DNA from: Eledone cirrhosa
Lineage: Eukaryota
Length of the DNA stretch: 64,000 nt
Direction of reading: 5' to 3'
Assembly: GCA_964016885.1 (NCBI GenBank)
Contig: OZ024741.1
Span: 221,588,001 to 221,652,000 of the forward strand
The notes under the pieces are model-generated. The model saw nothing but the letters and a program-made list of their open reading frames with translations. It was not told the origin of the DNA and made no database searches. The translations under genes and the position numbers were made by a program. Positions 13,866 through 28,709 of this stretch are shown here, one piece after another; position 1 is the first letter of the stretch; each line of letters begins with the position of its first letter.

Positions 13866-14617
13866 ACATTCTTTGTATTTATAAAAGGTTTTGAAGATGT
13901 CAAGAAGGCATGTTTGAGGAACAGCTTCATGGAAAATCACCTGACTGTGGATAAGTTTAAAGAAATAAACAGTATTCTGGTGAAAATCTTCACAAACCAC
14001 CTCTTCCATTATTCAATGCTATTTTGAAAACAAGAATAAAAGTTCTGGTGGACTCCTTGCTTCAACCCCTGTAGAAGTAACTAACAGTACTTTATAGGGT
14101 AACTTTTCAAGAGAAATCAGGTAAGTCGTTCCCCCCCCCCACCCCTCTCTCTCTCTCTCTCTTTTTATCTGGTCTCCCACACAGTACTGGCTGTTGTTGT
14201 TGTTGCTGTTGCTGTTGTTGTTGTTAGGGCAATTGTTTGGCAGAATCATTCTAGTGGTGGACAAAATGTCTTGTGGTAAGGACCAGTGCTACCAATAAGG
14301 TTAACTAAGCAGTTGCATGGGGTACAGACCCAAGGCCAGGTTCAGACTTTGGGGGCCCTGCAGCACTTCAGGTTTTGTGTCCTCCTCTTTCATACACTAA
14401 AATAGAATACACAGCAAACCTTCAAATTTACATATCAAAATCCACTTGGTTCATGTAATTGGAATCGACAAGTTGTATATACATACAAATGTTAAATGGA
14501 AAAAACTGACCAGTTATACGTAAATGTAAATACATAAATACAACATGGATATATGTATGTATGTATGTATCTATATATATATGTATGTATGTATGAATGC
14601 ATGTATGTATATGTATG

Positions 14618-14677
<60 letters not shown>

Positions 14678-14680
<3 letters not shown>

Positions 14681-14870
14681 CGAAGGAAATGTGGTAAGGA
14701 ACCAGGTGGACCATAACGCACCAAAGTACTCAATACTTAGGGTAGTAGAGTGGGTAATAGGAACAAGTAAGACCCCGACGGCTGAGCTCAAGCTGTTTCG
14801 ACGGCTAATTCTGTACAGAATTAGCCGTCGAAAGGGCTTGAGCTCAGCCGTCGGGGTCTTACATGTTCCT
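14678..14870 (-). mobile_element. Fold-back mini-element carrying a half hammerhead (copy 2)
   Basis: Palindrome 14757-14870 plus shared tail, inside (TA)n. Confidence 0.85.
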
Positions 14871-14910
14871 ATATATATATATATATATATACCTTTCATT
14901 TATACCTTTC

Positions 14911-14957
<47 letters not shown>

Positions 14958-14958
<1 letters not shown>

Positions 14959-15843
14959 GAGGTGTGTCAGAAAAGTTCCAGGACTGATGTCACAAAAGAT
15001 TTATTTCAAACCAAAACTACTCACTAAGAGTTTTCTCCTTCAAAGTAATCCCCCTGGAGTATGTAACTGTTATCTTAGCTCTCTGCAGTGATCAAACTTT
15101 TTTCTTCATAATTTTATATACATGTCCTCTGTTTCAGTTCGTCAAGCAATGAGCACAGAGCAACGAACAAACTTGAAGTTTCTGGTACGGTTGGGGAAAA
15201 CTCCGTCAGAAGCACTGGGATTGCTGCAGCAAGTGTAATGAGATGAGACGATGTCACTCTCACGTGTTTTTGAGTGGTGCAAGATGACCCCAGGAGCGGA
15301 AGGCCCTAAACAACCAAGACTGAGGTCAACGTTGAGCGCGTCAGGCAGATGGTGCGTAGCGATCGTCGGCTGACTGTTCGACTGATGGCAAATGAGCTGG
15401 GCATGAATCGGGACAGCGTCTGGAAGATTCTCACTGAAGATTTGGACATGCGGAAAGTCTACGCGAAGATGGTGCCAAAACTGCTGAACGATGACCAGAA
15501 GGGTCGACGCATGCAAGTGTGCCAGGACATCCTCTAGCGTCTTGAAACCGAACCAGACTTGCTAGGGACAGTCATCACCGGTGATGAGTCATGGATCTTC
15601 GAGTACGCCCCGGAGGGGACCCGTTTTGAAGACGTGGACGACATCAATAAGGCCGTGACGACGGAACTGCGGAGGATCCCGGAAGAATCCTTCCAGGAGT
15701 GCATGCAAGCGTGGCAGAAAAGGATGGAAAAGTGCATTAGACTCCAGGGGTGTTACTTTGAAGGAGAAAACTCTTAGTATGAAGTTTGGGTTTGAAATAA
15801 ATTTTTTGTGACATCAGTCCTGGAAGTTTTCTGACACACTTCG
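14958..15843 (+). mobile_element. Internally deleted mariner transposon
   Basis: About 55-bp TIRs CGAGGTGTGTCAGAAAAGTTCCAGGACTGATGTCACAAAA, TA flanks; transposase remnants VPKLL, ITGDESW, WQKRMEKCI..G.YFE with stops and a deletion. Confidence 0.93.
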
Positions 15844-15864
15844 TATATATATATATATATATAT

Positions 15865-16110
15865 AAATGAAGTAATTCCGTCGGAAAAGTCCAGAAAAAA
15901 GAGTGCTCTATGTAAATAACAGAGCTTAATAGTTATGTAATAAACAACATAAGGCAATTATTCCATTTACCAGTGGTTTCTTAAAAGCAAAAAATGTTGC
16001 TTTCTATCATCAGAATGAAAAAATCCTGGTGTATTTATTGATATTGGATTCTAAAAACAAAAATGCAATCTACATGAAAGTGAGGCTGGAGAAGGAAGAA
16101 GGAAAGGAAA
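15865..16110 (-). mobile_element. pLTR-like module (paralogs at 58420-58650 and 11695-11800) with a hammerhead at 15961-16020
   Basis: TTTCATT-CTGATGA-tAGAAAGCAA..TTGCTTTTa-a-GAAAC-CACTG-GTA-AATGGAA on the minus strand. Confidence 0.8.
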
Positions 16111-16142
16111 AATAAAATAAAAACACACATGCAAACACACAC

Positions 16143-16176
<34 letters not shown>

Positions 16177-16186
16177 TTATATACAT

Positions 16187-16220
<34 letters not shown>

Positions 16221-16828
16221 ACACTCATACATACACACACACATATACACATATATATGTGTATATATATACATACACATACATATACACATACATACAT
16301 ACAAACATAAATATCAACATATACATACATACACATACATATATACAAACACACACACATATATACACATATATATATAGAAATAGAAATATATATATAT
16401 ATGCATACACATACACATACATAGCCATACACACATACATATACATACATACATACATACACACAATCATACGTATATACACACGTACATACATACACAT
16501 ATATAAATGCATACATATGCATGCACAAAATTAGAAAAATATACACACACCTCTACATATTCACACACGCAAATAAATATAAGAAAAAATATATATATAA
16601 AATAATAAAAGAAAATAAAGACTATTATAAAGTTGACAGCGATACAGGCAACAAATAAATGAACAAACACACGTGGTAAGCAATACACACAAATGCACGT
16701 ACACATACATACGTAAAAATAAATACATACACTCTCACACATAAATATACATATAAAAATACATAAACACATACATACGCATACACAAATACATACACAC
16801 ACACACATATACATATATACAAACACAT

Positions 16829-16919
<91 letters not shown>

Positions 16920-17067
16920 TACATACATAGCCATACAATTATACACATACAAATACGTACATATCACAAACACGCACAACCAAATACAAACACACACATA
17001 TATATATATATGTGTGTGTGTAAAACTCATTCTTAGATAATTCATATGAACCTTATTTAACTCTAAA

Positions 17068-17100
<33 letters not shown>

Positions 17101-17237
17101 CACCTACACATACATACACATACATACTTACTAACATACACATATATACCTACACACACATATATACATACACATACGTATGCATACGTACACACACACA
17201 CACACACACACACATACACATACATATACATATATAA

Positions 17238-17353
<116 letters not shown>

Positions 17354-17532
17354 AAGAACATGAATATTATAAAATAAATATTTTATATATAAAAAAAATT
17401 TGGACTACGACAAATAATAAATAAAAATATATATATATTTAGAAAGGGGTATAAATGCCCATAGCACCTAGAGCACTCAACAAGTTCATGGAGCAAAAGA
17501 TCAATGAAAATAATCATCAAATCACTATATAT

Positions 17533-17720
17533 AATTGTTTCTACTTTAGGCACAAGGCCAGCAATTATTCCAGTGCATTACTGGTACTTTATTTTATCGA
17601 CCCCGTAAGGATGAAAGGCAAAGTCAACCTCGGCGGGATTTGAACTCAGATCGTAAAGGGATGTAACTATGCTGGAAAGCTTGGCGTCCGACCCTCTACC
17701 GATACTGCCAATCCACCGCC
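17533..17720 (-). mobile_element. SINE A with TSD CTATATATAAT
   Basis: Full-length copy with flanking duplication. Confidence 0.88.
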
Positions 17721-17869
17721 CTATATATAATGATACACATACATACACCCTTACACTTATAACATATACACACACACACATAAATATATATACATACACA
17801 CACACACAAAAAAACCCCAACCACAGAAATACAAACACACATACAAAAACGTATATATATATACACACA

Positions 17870-19010
17870 CATAGGGAAAAATCCTGACCCTACGGCAGAG
17901 CTCAAGCCTTTTCTGAGGCTATTATATAAAAACACACAAAACCATTATATAAAAAATTATTGTATAAAAAATTAATATCTAAAAATAAAAAAAAAATGTT
18001 GGTATATGAAGGGTAAGGCAAAAAAATAGGGGGGGGGGATATAGGAAAAGGTTAAATATAAGGGGAGATAAGGGAGAAAGAGAATACAAGAATATAGAAC
18101 GTGGATTCAGCAGGTAAAAAAACCGTAGTAGAAGTAAAGAGCAGAGAGGGAGTTCTAGGCGGTTGAGTTATCAGGAATGTCAATCCAGTTACAGATCAGA
18201 TGTAATTTCAGATGAGGACAACATCTGAAGATCTTAGTCTTTGAGTTCAGGCAAGCAGAAGTGGTCTCAAGTTTAGCAAAATCCTATTTTTTTCTGTGGT
18301 ACACAAAGAACAATTCTTTGTGCCCCTTTGGTACTCCCTCGAATGGTCTAAAATAGACCAATCGATAGAGTACGGGATGTTATTATCCTTGAATTCCCAC
18401 ACCTTACTTGCGAGGGCCGTTGTTGTTCGTTTATCGGAGTGCTTAAAAGAAGCGACATGTTAGTAAAACCTGGTTTTAAACCTGTCCTGGGTCATGCCGA
18501 CATATCGCTCACTCCTGGTTGGCTGGTTGTTGATTAAAGGTGTTATTTTAGCCTCATAAACAACAGATTTGGTGTTACATTTGCCCTGCAATGGGCATTC
18601 ATCCGGCTTCCTGCAACTGCATCCTGGATTTGTTCTCGTATGATTTGAATTAGTGATCTTGGACTTCATAGATGGGCAACAAGAGTAACTGATCTTAACT
18701 ACGTTCCTATTAAATATCTTATAATATCTATGATTAGGAGGAAAATGTTTATCTAAGAGTTCAAGGAATTTCCTTCCTACATTAGTTTTGACAGTTAGAG
18801 AGAAGGGGGGTGTGAACCAAATAATTTTCCTTTTCCTGTTATTGTGGTTAGTTTTAGAGGGGGGGAGTAGGTAAATAAAAAAAATTCTGTAAAACCGCTG
18901 TTCTTAAGGGCTTTATTATAATAAGGGGCGGCTTTATTAAAAATGTCTATAGACGAAGATAAGGTAGAAATCCTACGGCTAATGTTGTCCAAGATCACTA
19001 ATTCAAACAA
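17870..19010 (-). mobile_element. 5'-truncated, decayed Naiad-type PLE (thumb + GIY-YIG)
   Basis: CSCRKPDECPLQGKCNTKSVVYEA...YVGMT...RF; RRISTLSS..FNKAAPYY. Confidence 0.9.
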
Positions 19011-19019
19011 TTAGTCTTT

Positions 19020-19794
<775 letters not shown>

Positions 19795-19795
<1 letters not shown>

Positions 19796-20340
19796 ACTAC
19801 ATCACATAACGCACTACACCACTACACCACTACACCACACACTACACCACATAACACCACATAACACCACAGCACAACACACTATACCACATAACACCAC
19901 TAGGAGGTCAGATTAGTTGACAGCACAGGAAAAATACCGAAAATAATTGTCCCAGAACATGTGAGTGGGGTGTAGATCTGCAAAACACACTATACCACAT
20001 AACACTTTGGAGGTTGGATTAGTTGATAGCACATGAAAAATCAGATGAAAAAGTTTTTTCCAAAATAAATCAAAGAATAAGACCACACCACACGTCACCA
20101 CACAAACTGTACCACACCACACGTCACTACACCAACTGTACTCACCACACGTCACCATACCAACTGTACCACCCAACATGTCACCACACTACACCACACT
20201 ACACCCCATTACACTACACTACACCACACCACACACCCTGAACTACACTACCCCACACTACACCACACTACATCACACTGCATCACACTACACAACACTA
20301 CACTACACTACCCTGAACTACACCACACTACACCATACCA
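19795..20340. repeat. Degenerate (CACTA/CACCA)n pentamer repeat
   Basis: Direct reading; similar tract at 23165-23505. Confidence 0.85.
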
Positions 20341-20550
20341 TTGTCCACTCTAACATTTCTGTTTTCTATTTTGCAGATATGTCCAGTTACATTAAGAGAA
20401 AGGAAGTTATTTCAAAGGATCTGAGAAATTAAACACCTCATTGAGCATCATTTTAAGGTATGAAATCATTTTAAATTGACCTCTTGATATGATTACACCT
20501 CAGTCTTAAATTAATGACCTATAAATATAATCTCAATTCAGTCTTACATT

Positions 20551-20738
20551 AATTGTTTCTACTTTAGGCACAAGGCCAGCAATTACCCAGTGCATTACTG
20601 GTACTTTATTTTATCGACCCCGTAAGGATGAAAGGCAAAGTCAACCTCGGCGTGATTTGAACTCATATCGGAAAGGGACGTAACTATGCTGGAAAGCATG
20701 GCGTCCGACCCTCTACCGATACTGCCAATCCACCGCCC
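20551..20738 (-). mobile_element. SINE A with a 17-bp TSD
   Basis: TTCAGTCTTACATTAAT at 20537-20553 and 20739-20755. Confidence 0.92.
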
Positions 20739-21266
20739 TTCAGTCTTACATTAATGACCTCTAGATATGATCTCAGTTCAGTCTTAAATTAATGACCAAT
20801 AGATATGTTCTCAGTCAGTGCAGTTTTAAACTAATGACATATAGAACTTAATGACCTATAGCTACGATTACACTTGTCTTAACTTAATGACATGAGGATG
20901 CTACATAGGTATTGTTAACATTTATCTAACGCTGTCTTCCCCCACCCCACAACGTCATACCACACCATACCACACCATGCTGTACTACACCAGACCACAC
21001 ACCATATGACACCATGCTATACCACACCATATATATATATATATAAGTATGTATACGTACATACATATATGTATACAGACGTACAGTAGTATGTATATAT
21101 ATACACACATGCACACATATATATGTACGTATGGGTTTACCGAACATTTATTATAATGTTCGGTTTGTTTGTAAACAAACAGCCCGAATTAAGCCGTACA
21201 GTGTTCGGCAACAGAAATAACAACACAATCGGTACAGTGTATGGAAGGGATATAGCTGGAAGAGGG

Positions 21267-21302
21267 TCTTAACGTTTCGGACGCTAGTCCTTCGTCAGAA
21301 GA
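21267..21302 (-). ncRNA. Minimal hammerhead ribozyme
   Basis: TCTT-CTGACGA-a-GGAC-tagc-GTCC-GAAAC-GTT-AAGA; loopless palindromic stem III. Confidence 0.75.
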
Positions 21303-21694
21303 AAGAATGAGAATTAAAATAGATTGCGGGGACGGGCGGGTTGGAATTGGAAAAAATGTCTTTAGATAAAAAAATAACAGGTCCCTTCATGTTGACATCT
21401 CTTGCAAAACTGTTGGTGCTGGCGTTTTGTGTATGATTTATTTATTTTTTAAAAGTGGATTACGAGCCCACGACTCTTTATATTAACTTTATCTCCTCAG
21501 CGCTTCGTCAAAGTCTGAGAGATCAGCTACATATATATTTGTTTACAATTTTTTTTATGTTTATACGGAAGAGAAGAAAGAGTAGATAAAGCAACGACAA
21601 AAACGAAGATGACAACGAAATCAAAGATGCAGAAAATGAAGATAACAAAACTGAAAAGGAAAAGACAAAATAGGAGAAGAAAATGACGAAGGTA

Positions 21695-22170
21695 TGATTT
21701 CAGTTCAATCTTAACGTAATGACCTACAGACATGATCTTAGTTCAGTCTTGACCTAATGATTTATATGCATGATCTTAGTTCAGTCTTAACGTAATGACC
21801 TACAGACATGATCTTAGTTCAGTCTTGACCTAATGATTTATATGCATGATCTTAGTTCAGTCTTAACGTAATGACCTACAGACATGATCTTAGTTCAGTC
21901 TTGACCTAATGATTTATATGCATGATCTTAGTTCAGTCTTAACGTAATGACCTACAGACATGATCTTAGTTCAGTCTTGACCTAATGATTTATATGCATG
22001 ATCTTAGTTCAGTCTTAACGTAATGACCTATAGACATGATCTTAGTTCAGTCTTGACCTAATGATTTATATGCATGATCTTAGTTCAGTCTTAACGTAAT
22101 GACCTACAGACATGATCTTAGTTCAGTCTTAACGTAATGACCTATAGACATGATCTTAGTTCAGTCTTAA
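21695..22170. repeat. 38-bp minisatellite with a 76-bp A/B dimer; related units at 20480-20890 and 22485-22720
   Basis: CATGATCTTAG at 21731, 21769, 21807; alternating GACCTAATGATTTATATG and AACGTAATGACCTACAGA variants. Confidence 0.93.
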
Positions 22171-22249
22171 ATGAAAAAAGTAAAGACAAAGAAGACAAAG
22201 TAGACGCAGGTATGATTTCAGTTTACTCTTGACCTAATGACCTATAGTG

Positions 22250-22470
22250 AAGGCACATGGCTTAGTGGTTAGAGCATTGGGATTGCAATCGAAAGGTTGT
22301 GAGTTCAATTCTCGGACTGGGTGATGTGTTGTTTCCTTGAGCAAGACACTTTATTTCATTTGTTCCAGTTTACTCAACTGTAGAAATGAGATGATAGAAC
22401 TGGGGTCCCTATCATTAAAATCACCCAAGACACACCTTGGAGGAGGCCAGCTAAACCTGCATAGGTGTGA
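22250..22470 (+). mobile_element. tRNA-derived SINE family C
   Basis: TGGCTTAGTGGTTAGAGC...GAGTTCAATTC, then a CCTTGAGCAAGACACTT core. Confidence 0.7.
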
Positions 22471-22880
22471 GCTGTAACGTAACGTAATGACCTATAGATA
22501 TTACACATCAATCTTAACCTAATGACCTATAGATATTACACATCAATCTTAACCTAATGACCTATAGATATTACACATCAATCTTAACCTAATGACCTAT
22601 AGACATGATCTCAGGTCAATCTTAACCTAATAATTTATAGATATGATCTTAATTCAGTCTTAACCTAATGACCTGTAGATATAATCACACCTCTTAATGA
22701 CCTATAGATATGATTAGATAGGATCACAGTGCATGAGCACACTGCTTTTTAAATTAACTTTATCCCCTCAGCACTTCGTAAAGTCCAAGAGATAGGCAAC
22801 ATATATTTTTTACGTTCTTCTTTTTTTTGTATTCAGATGGAAGAGAAGACAAAGACACAGAAGAAGACAATTATTATTAC

Positions 22881-22911
<31 letters not shown>

Positions 22912-22912
22912 A

Positions 22913-23105
22913 AGGCTGGTGGGTTGGTAGAATTGGTAGAGCGTCGGACACATGCATCACGGCATAGTTACGGTCCTTTACATTCTGAGTTCAAATCCCG
23001 CCGAGGTTAGCTTTGCTTTTCATCCTTACGGGGTCAATGAAATAAAGAACCAGTAATGCACTGGGGTATTTGCTGTCCTTGTGCCAAAAAATTAGAAACC
23101 ATTAT
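22913..23105 (+). mobile_element. SINE A
   Basis: Family similarity; sits in (ATT)n. Confidence 0.85.
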
Positions 23106-23544
23106 TATTATTATAATCAAACTGGCCTGGTGCCTAAATCAGAAACCATTATTATAATCAAACTATGCCACACTACACCACACCATGCTACAAAACACTA
23201 TACCATACCATACCACACCACACCGCACTATGAAACACTATACCATACCATACCACACCACACTACGAAACACTATACTATACCATACCATACCACACCA
23301 CACTACGAAACACTAAACTATACCACACTACACCACACCATGCTACAAAACACTATACCATACCACACTACCCCACACCACGCTACAAAACACTATACCA
23401 TACCATACCACACCACACTACGAAACACTATACTATACCATACCATACCATACCACACTACAGCACACTACCAAACACTATACTATTCCATACTACACCA
23501 CACCACTTAAGTTAGAAAGAATCAACTTCTTTACCTGGAAAGCA

Positions 23545-24260
23545 GAAAACCTAACTGTAAACTAAAACCAAGCCCTAAAATAAAACACTTACACTAACAT
23601 AAAAGCTAACACGAACAGCAACACTAAAGAGAAAACTAACACTAACACTAAAACTACCACTACCATAAACACTAACACTAACCTGAACACTAACCCTAAC
23701 ACTAACCCTAACACTAACCCTAATTCTAACACTAACTCTAACACTAACACTAACCATAACCCTAACACTAACCTTAACCTTAACACTAAACTTAACCTTA
23801 ACACTATACTTAACACTAACACTAAACTTAACACTAACACTAACCTTAACACTAATATTAACACTACACTAACCTTAACACTAACCTTAACCTTAACACT
23901 AACACTAACCTTAACCTTAACACTAACACTAACCTTAACGCTAACCATAACACTAACCATAACACTAATCCTAACCCGAACACTCACCTGTACACTAATA
24001 ATTATACTAACCTGAAAACTAACACTAACAGTAAAATAAATACTAACTGAAACACTAAAACTAACGCTAATACTAACACTAAAACAAAAATTAACACTAA
24101 AATAAACACTCACACTAACACTAAAACTAAAACACTAATACTAAAACTAAAGCTAAAACAAACACTAACACTAAAACAAACACTAACACAGACACTAACA
24201 CTAAAACTAATGGAAACGCTAACACTAACAGTAATGTTGACATTAACACTAACACTGACA
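23545..24260. repeat. Degenerate (TAACAC/TAACCC/TAACCT)n hexamer repeat
   Basis: Direct reading. Confidence 0.85.
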
Positions 24261-24309
24261 CAGATTATAAACTTAATATTAACAGACAAACCTATCTTAA
24301 CACTAATCC

Positions 24310-24820
24310 AGGGGGAAAATTAGAGAGGATAGGCATTACATTTTAAAGATTTTAAGTTAGAGAGAATCACATTATACCACACAATAACACTGCACAGCAC
24401 ACCACAATAACCTACACTACACCAAGCCACATTATACCACACCCCGGTAAATTTATAAAACACCAGAATTTCTGTCCTACGCCATCTTGTTTTTGTGTCA
24501 CAAAACAAGATGGCGTAGGACAGAACAAAGGAGAGGCACAAAAACAAAGAAAAGAATCCCCAGTCACTGAAGAGGTCACAGAATGTGTGACGAAAGAACT
24601 TTGACAATATATAAACAATCATCTGGTTGTTGAACCAACCAACTAACCAGAAATTTATAAATTCCTAAATTAATAAATTTATTATAATAAATTGAAGTGA
24701 AAGCAACTGGTGCGTGTGTTTCTTATTGGCAACATGACCCTCCCAAAGTATAACAATATCGGTTTCAACACACATTTTCAGATAAAGAATCTTGCTAAAC
24801 AAATTCAGAAACAAAATATA
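24310..24820 (+). mobile_element. Solo pLTR of the 53.4-56.1 kb family, with a hammerhead at 24563-24605
   Basis: Matches 53725-53975; GTCA-CTGAAGA-g-GTCACA-gaatg-TGTGAC-GAAA-GAAC-TT-TGAC. Confidence 0.85.
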
Positions 24821-24848
24821 TATATATATATTAATATATATATTTATA

Positions 24849-24932
<84 letters not shown>

Positions 24933-25350
24933 TATAATCGAAGAAAATGAAGAAAGAGAAGCAGACCGTTAAAATATAATTTATATGGAGCTCTTCCACG
25001 TGTTACGCCCAAGTTGGGCTCGTCGGAGGCTCTAATGTTTAACCCCGACTGTATAAGCATCGAGGACTAAATCACTTGCTGCTGGCAATTAATTATCTGT
25101 ATCGTCTCCTCCTATAACGTTTCTTCTCTCTATATTCTCTCTCACGATACTATAACATTTTATTATATTAATATATATATAAAAAAGAAAATTTCGCTCT
25201 ACATGGCTGAATACCATAAATGTAATCTGAGTTTTTCGAATATTAATAAAAACATTCGATTCGTTTGCAATTATGCAAACAAGCCTCAATTTTATAGCCA
25301 TGTCAGTAGAATAAACACTTCATTCTTGCTCTTATGTTGGCATGCGAACA

Positions 25351-25400
25351 GAATTGCAGACACTAATGTTTCTGGGTATCACCCTTCATCAGTACAGCTC
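25351..25400 (-). ncRNA. Type-I hammerhead ribozyme
   Basis: GAGCTGTA-CTGATGA-aGGGTgatACCCa-GAAAC-ATTAGT-GTC-TGCAATTC. Confidence 0.8.
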
Positions 25401-25589
25401 ACTCTTCACCTGCCAAACTGTCAGAGATAGTGAAAATATATGCTATTTTCAAAAATACACGGCGTTGCGCGGGATTTGCTCTAGAGTTCTTATATATTTG
25501 ATATATATTTATCCTTATCGAGCCTTGTGAAATAAATACGTTTGTTTATATTTTGTTATTGTGTATGCAAAACTATCTGTACATAAATA

Positions 25590-26050
25590 TATAATTTGGT
25601 AAAAGGAAAAGAAAATATATATATTGGTAAAAGGAAAAGAAAATGCTGACAAATTGTTCCCAATGAAAAATAGTTTAATTAGGAATAAGTAAAAATTAGT
25701 AATAAGTATTGATTAGTATTCAGTTTTAGCTTTAAGTTTTTACCGGTTGCGCATTTCTAATGCTTTTCAAAAATAATTTTGAGATAGAGCGCCCGTGATT
25801 TTTGCTCTAATCTGATTAGCTTTGGAAATTCTACCTGTTTTATGTGAAAAAAGTGGCTCCAGAGGTATTAAAATAAGTTTCGCGCCAATTCGTGTTGCAA
25901 AAATTCTTGTGGTCAAAACAATTTTGATTGGTCGGTAGAGGTCACGTGAATGTTAAAAATTGATTTTGCGTCAAATGTAGGTTTGTCGAAGAGTGTCCTT
26001 TTTCGCCTGATTGAGAAGTCACTGAAAAATAAGTCTTTTAAGACAAATAT

Positions 26051-26086
<36 letters not shown>

Positions 26087-26182
26087 TGAAGAGGTTCATT
26101 GTTGTGATAATGGTCAGTAGGGATGTGTGTGTGAATTGCAGTCATGTTTAAAGGTCAACAGTTCAGGTGCCTATTAAGACAA

Positions 26183-26185
<3 letters not shown>
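25590..26185. repeat. Unclassified interspersed repeat; second copy at about 63465-63992
   Basis: High similarity over about 550 bp. Confidence 0.85.
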
Positions 26186-26279
<94 letters not shown>

Positions 26280-26399
26280 CGTGTGCGTGTGTGCGTGTGC
26301 GTGTGTGTGTGTGTGTGTGGCAGAGTAATTCGTGGTAGAGGGATCGGTCAGTAGGAATGTGTCTGTACGTGTGTGGGGGTTATTTTAACATGTTGAAAG

Positions 26400-28705
26400 A
26401 TATTTTTCAGCTCTTGTCTTATACGGAGAAGTGTGTGTGTGTATATATGTCTCTTTGTATGTTAGTGTACACGTGTGTATATATATGTGTGTGTGTGTGT
26501 GTATGTGTGTATGTGTGTGTGTGTGTATGGGGGTGGACCAGTATTTTTGTGATACTGGTAAAAATGGTGTACATTTTTCGATATTTTCAGCAAAAACGAT
26601 TCTCTTAAGAGAACATCAAAAACCTTAATAATAAAAGGTGTGAAATGATATATAGTATTGTCATAACACCAAGGTGTGTGTGAGTGTGTCCAGATTGTAC
26701 GTACTGCAAGGGGAATCCATTAGGCCCTGCCGTATTGGAATACTTGTGTACAAATATGTATGTGCCCATCAGTGTGCAATGCATGTGTGCGTATATGTAT
26801 GTGTGTGTGTCGGCACGTTTATATCTATAGACATCAAAAGGTATGCAAATTTGTGTATATTTGTGTTGCACCATAGAACATGTGTGTTTACGTATGTCAT
26901 TGTGTTTATATGTGGATAGAGATGTATGTAGGATGTATGCTGATGTAGGTATGTATGTTGACGTGTGTATGTTGTGGGTTCGTCTTAGGGAGAAGTGTTT
27001 AGACGGGGTCCGTATTTGTTAATAAAGTGAGATTCCTTGCTGGTGCGCTGGGTCTAGGTGGCATTATCTTTAAATTTGTAGAGGGGAAAGATTCTAAAGT
27101 TGGGATGATTTTGGGCGGCACAGGTATCAATGTGTTCACTCAGTGGTATTTTCCTGTATTCCCGTATTTTAATTTGGGATCTATGGACAGTCATGCGTTG
27201 GCGGAGGCTGTTTTTGGTCTGGCCTATGTATTGTTCTCGACAACCTGAGCAAGTTAATACATATATTAGATTTTCTGATGCGCATGTGAAATTGTGTTTT
27301 ACTATAAAACGTTGTCCTTCTTTGAAATAGAATTCCGAACCCTCTATTAGGTTGATGCATATGCCACAGTTGGGTCTATCGCATTTTTTTACTGTGGATT
27401 TCGTTGTGTGTGGTTGGCAGTACTTTGGCATGTGTTAGGATGTTTTTCATTGACTTAGATTGTCTTTTGCTCTTTATGATATCGTGTGTTCGAAGGATTT
27501 GGTTCATTCTATGGTCCTTTTTTAACACAGGGATGTTCTGGAGGATGGTGTCAAAGGCCTCATTGTTGAGGGGCTTGTGTGTGGAAATGTATGGAAGAGC
27601 TTTTAGTTTCAGTTGATTTACTTTAGGGTGTCTAAGGTCCTGGGTACTGAGTTTTAGGGCACGTTGGATTCCATTGTCAATTAGTGATGCAGGGTAGTCC
27701 CTGCCTATGAGTGTGTCCTTTAGTTCTTGTAGCCGTAAGTAACAGGTGTTTTTATTGGAGATTATAGTACAGATTCTCTTGGCTAAGTTGTAGGGAATAT
27801 TAATTTTAACGTGTCTAGGGTGGCAAGAGTTGAAAGGAAGATATTGCTTGGAGTCTGTGGGCTTGTAGTATATGTCTGTTTCTATTTTTTGTTATGAATA
27901 TTAATGAGGATGTCGAGGAAGGGGAGTTGTTGATGGCTGTATTCCATCGTAAAGTTGATATTCGTGTTGAGCCCTTTTATAAGGGTGTGAAATTCTTTAA
28001 GTTTCTCGATGTTTTCGTGCCAAAGGATGAAGCAGTCATCTAGATATCGCTTCCAGTTCTTTTCTATGTGTAAGTGGAGAGTGTTTCCAAATTTGTTTGG
28101 TACTTTAGTGTAGAGGGTGATTTCCAGGTATCCCATGACTAGGTTGGCATAAGTGGGGGCTGTTTTCGTTCCCATAGCGGTCCCAGATTTCTGCCTGTAG
28201 GATTTGTTATTGAAAACGAAGTAAGTGTTCTCCAAGATAAATTTGAGTCCCTCTATCACAAATTCTTTTTTGATGCGTTGTGGGAGTTCATTGTGGTAAT
28301 TATCCAGCCAGAATTGGATAGCTTCTATTCCTAGGTTGTGGGGGATGTTGGAGTATAGGTTGACTACATCGAACATCACTAGTAGGGTTTGTTCAGAAAG
28401 GGGAATATTAGGGAGGTGATTGAGCATATCTAGGTCGTCCCTTATATAGCTTTTGATGTGTTTGAGAAAAGGCTTGAGAAGGGTATCAATGAAATTGCTA
28501 AGGTGGTGGGTTTTTCAAACGGGGCCTGCTATTATAGGTCTTAATTTGAGATCATTGGGTGAGGGGACATTGATGACTATGTCTGTGGCTTCCTTGCATA
28601 CCTTACTTATTAATTCGCTTTTATGTACTTTAGGCATACCGTAGAAAAGGCTGGATTTACTTGTGAAGTCTGTGATGAAGCTGAATTCCTTGTTAGTGAG
28701 TCCTT
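26400..28705 (-). mobile_element. 5'-truncated Neptune-type PLE (RT, Cys linker, GIY-YIG)
   Basis: FDVVNLY, GTAMGT, RYLDD, FLD; CDRPNCGIC linker; LIYVLTC..C..QYIGQT; frameshifted. Confidence 0.9.
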
Positions 28706-28709
28706 ATAT

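Noticed and set aside
22250-22325. tRNA gene
   Set aside because: No proper acceptor stem; runs into a SINE core
23545-24260. Interstitial telomere
   Set aside because: Only scattered TAACCC units among TAACAC/TAACCT; no pure TTAGGG run
25455-25484. Helitron 3' end (hairpin + CTAG)
   Set aside because: Similarity to the inverted copy at 5633-5682 continues past the CTAG, so it is not clearly a terminus
26555-26640. Hammerhead in the Neptune 3' region; similar weak candidates at 11351, 12241 and 62974
   Set aside because: Core too degenerate or only one half present
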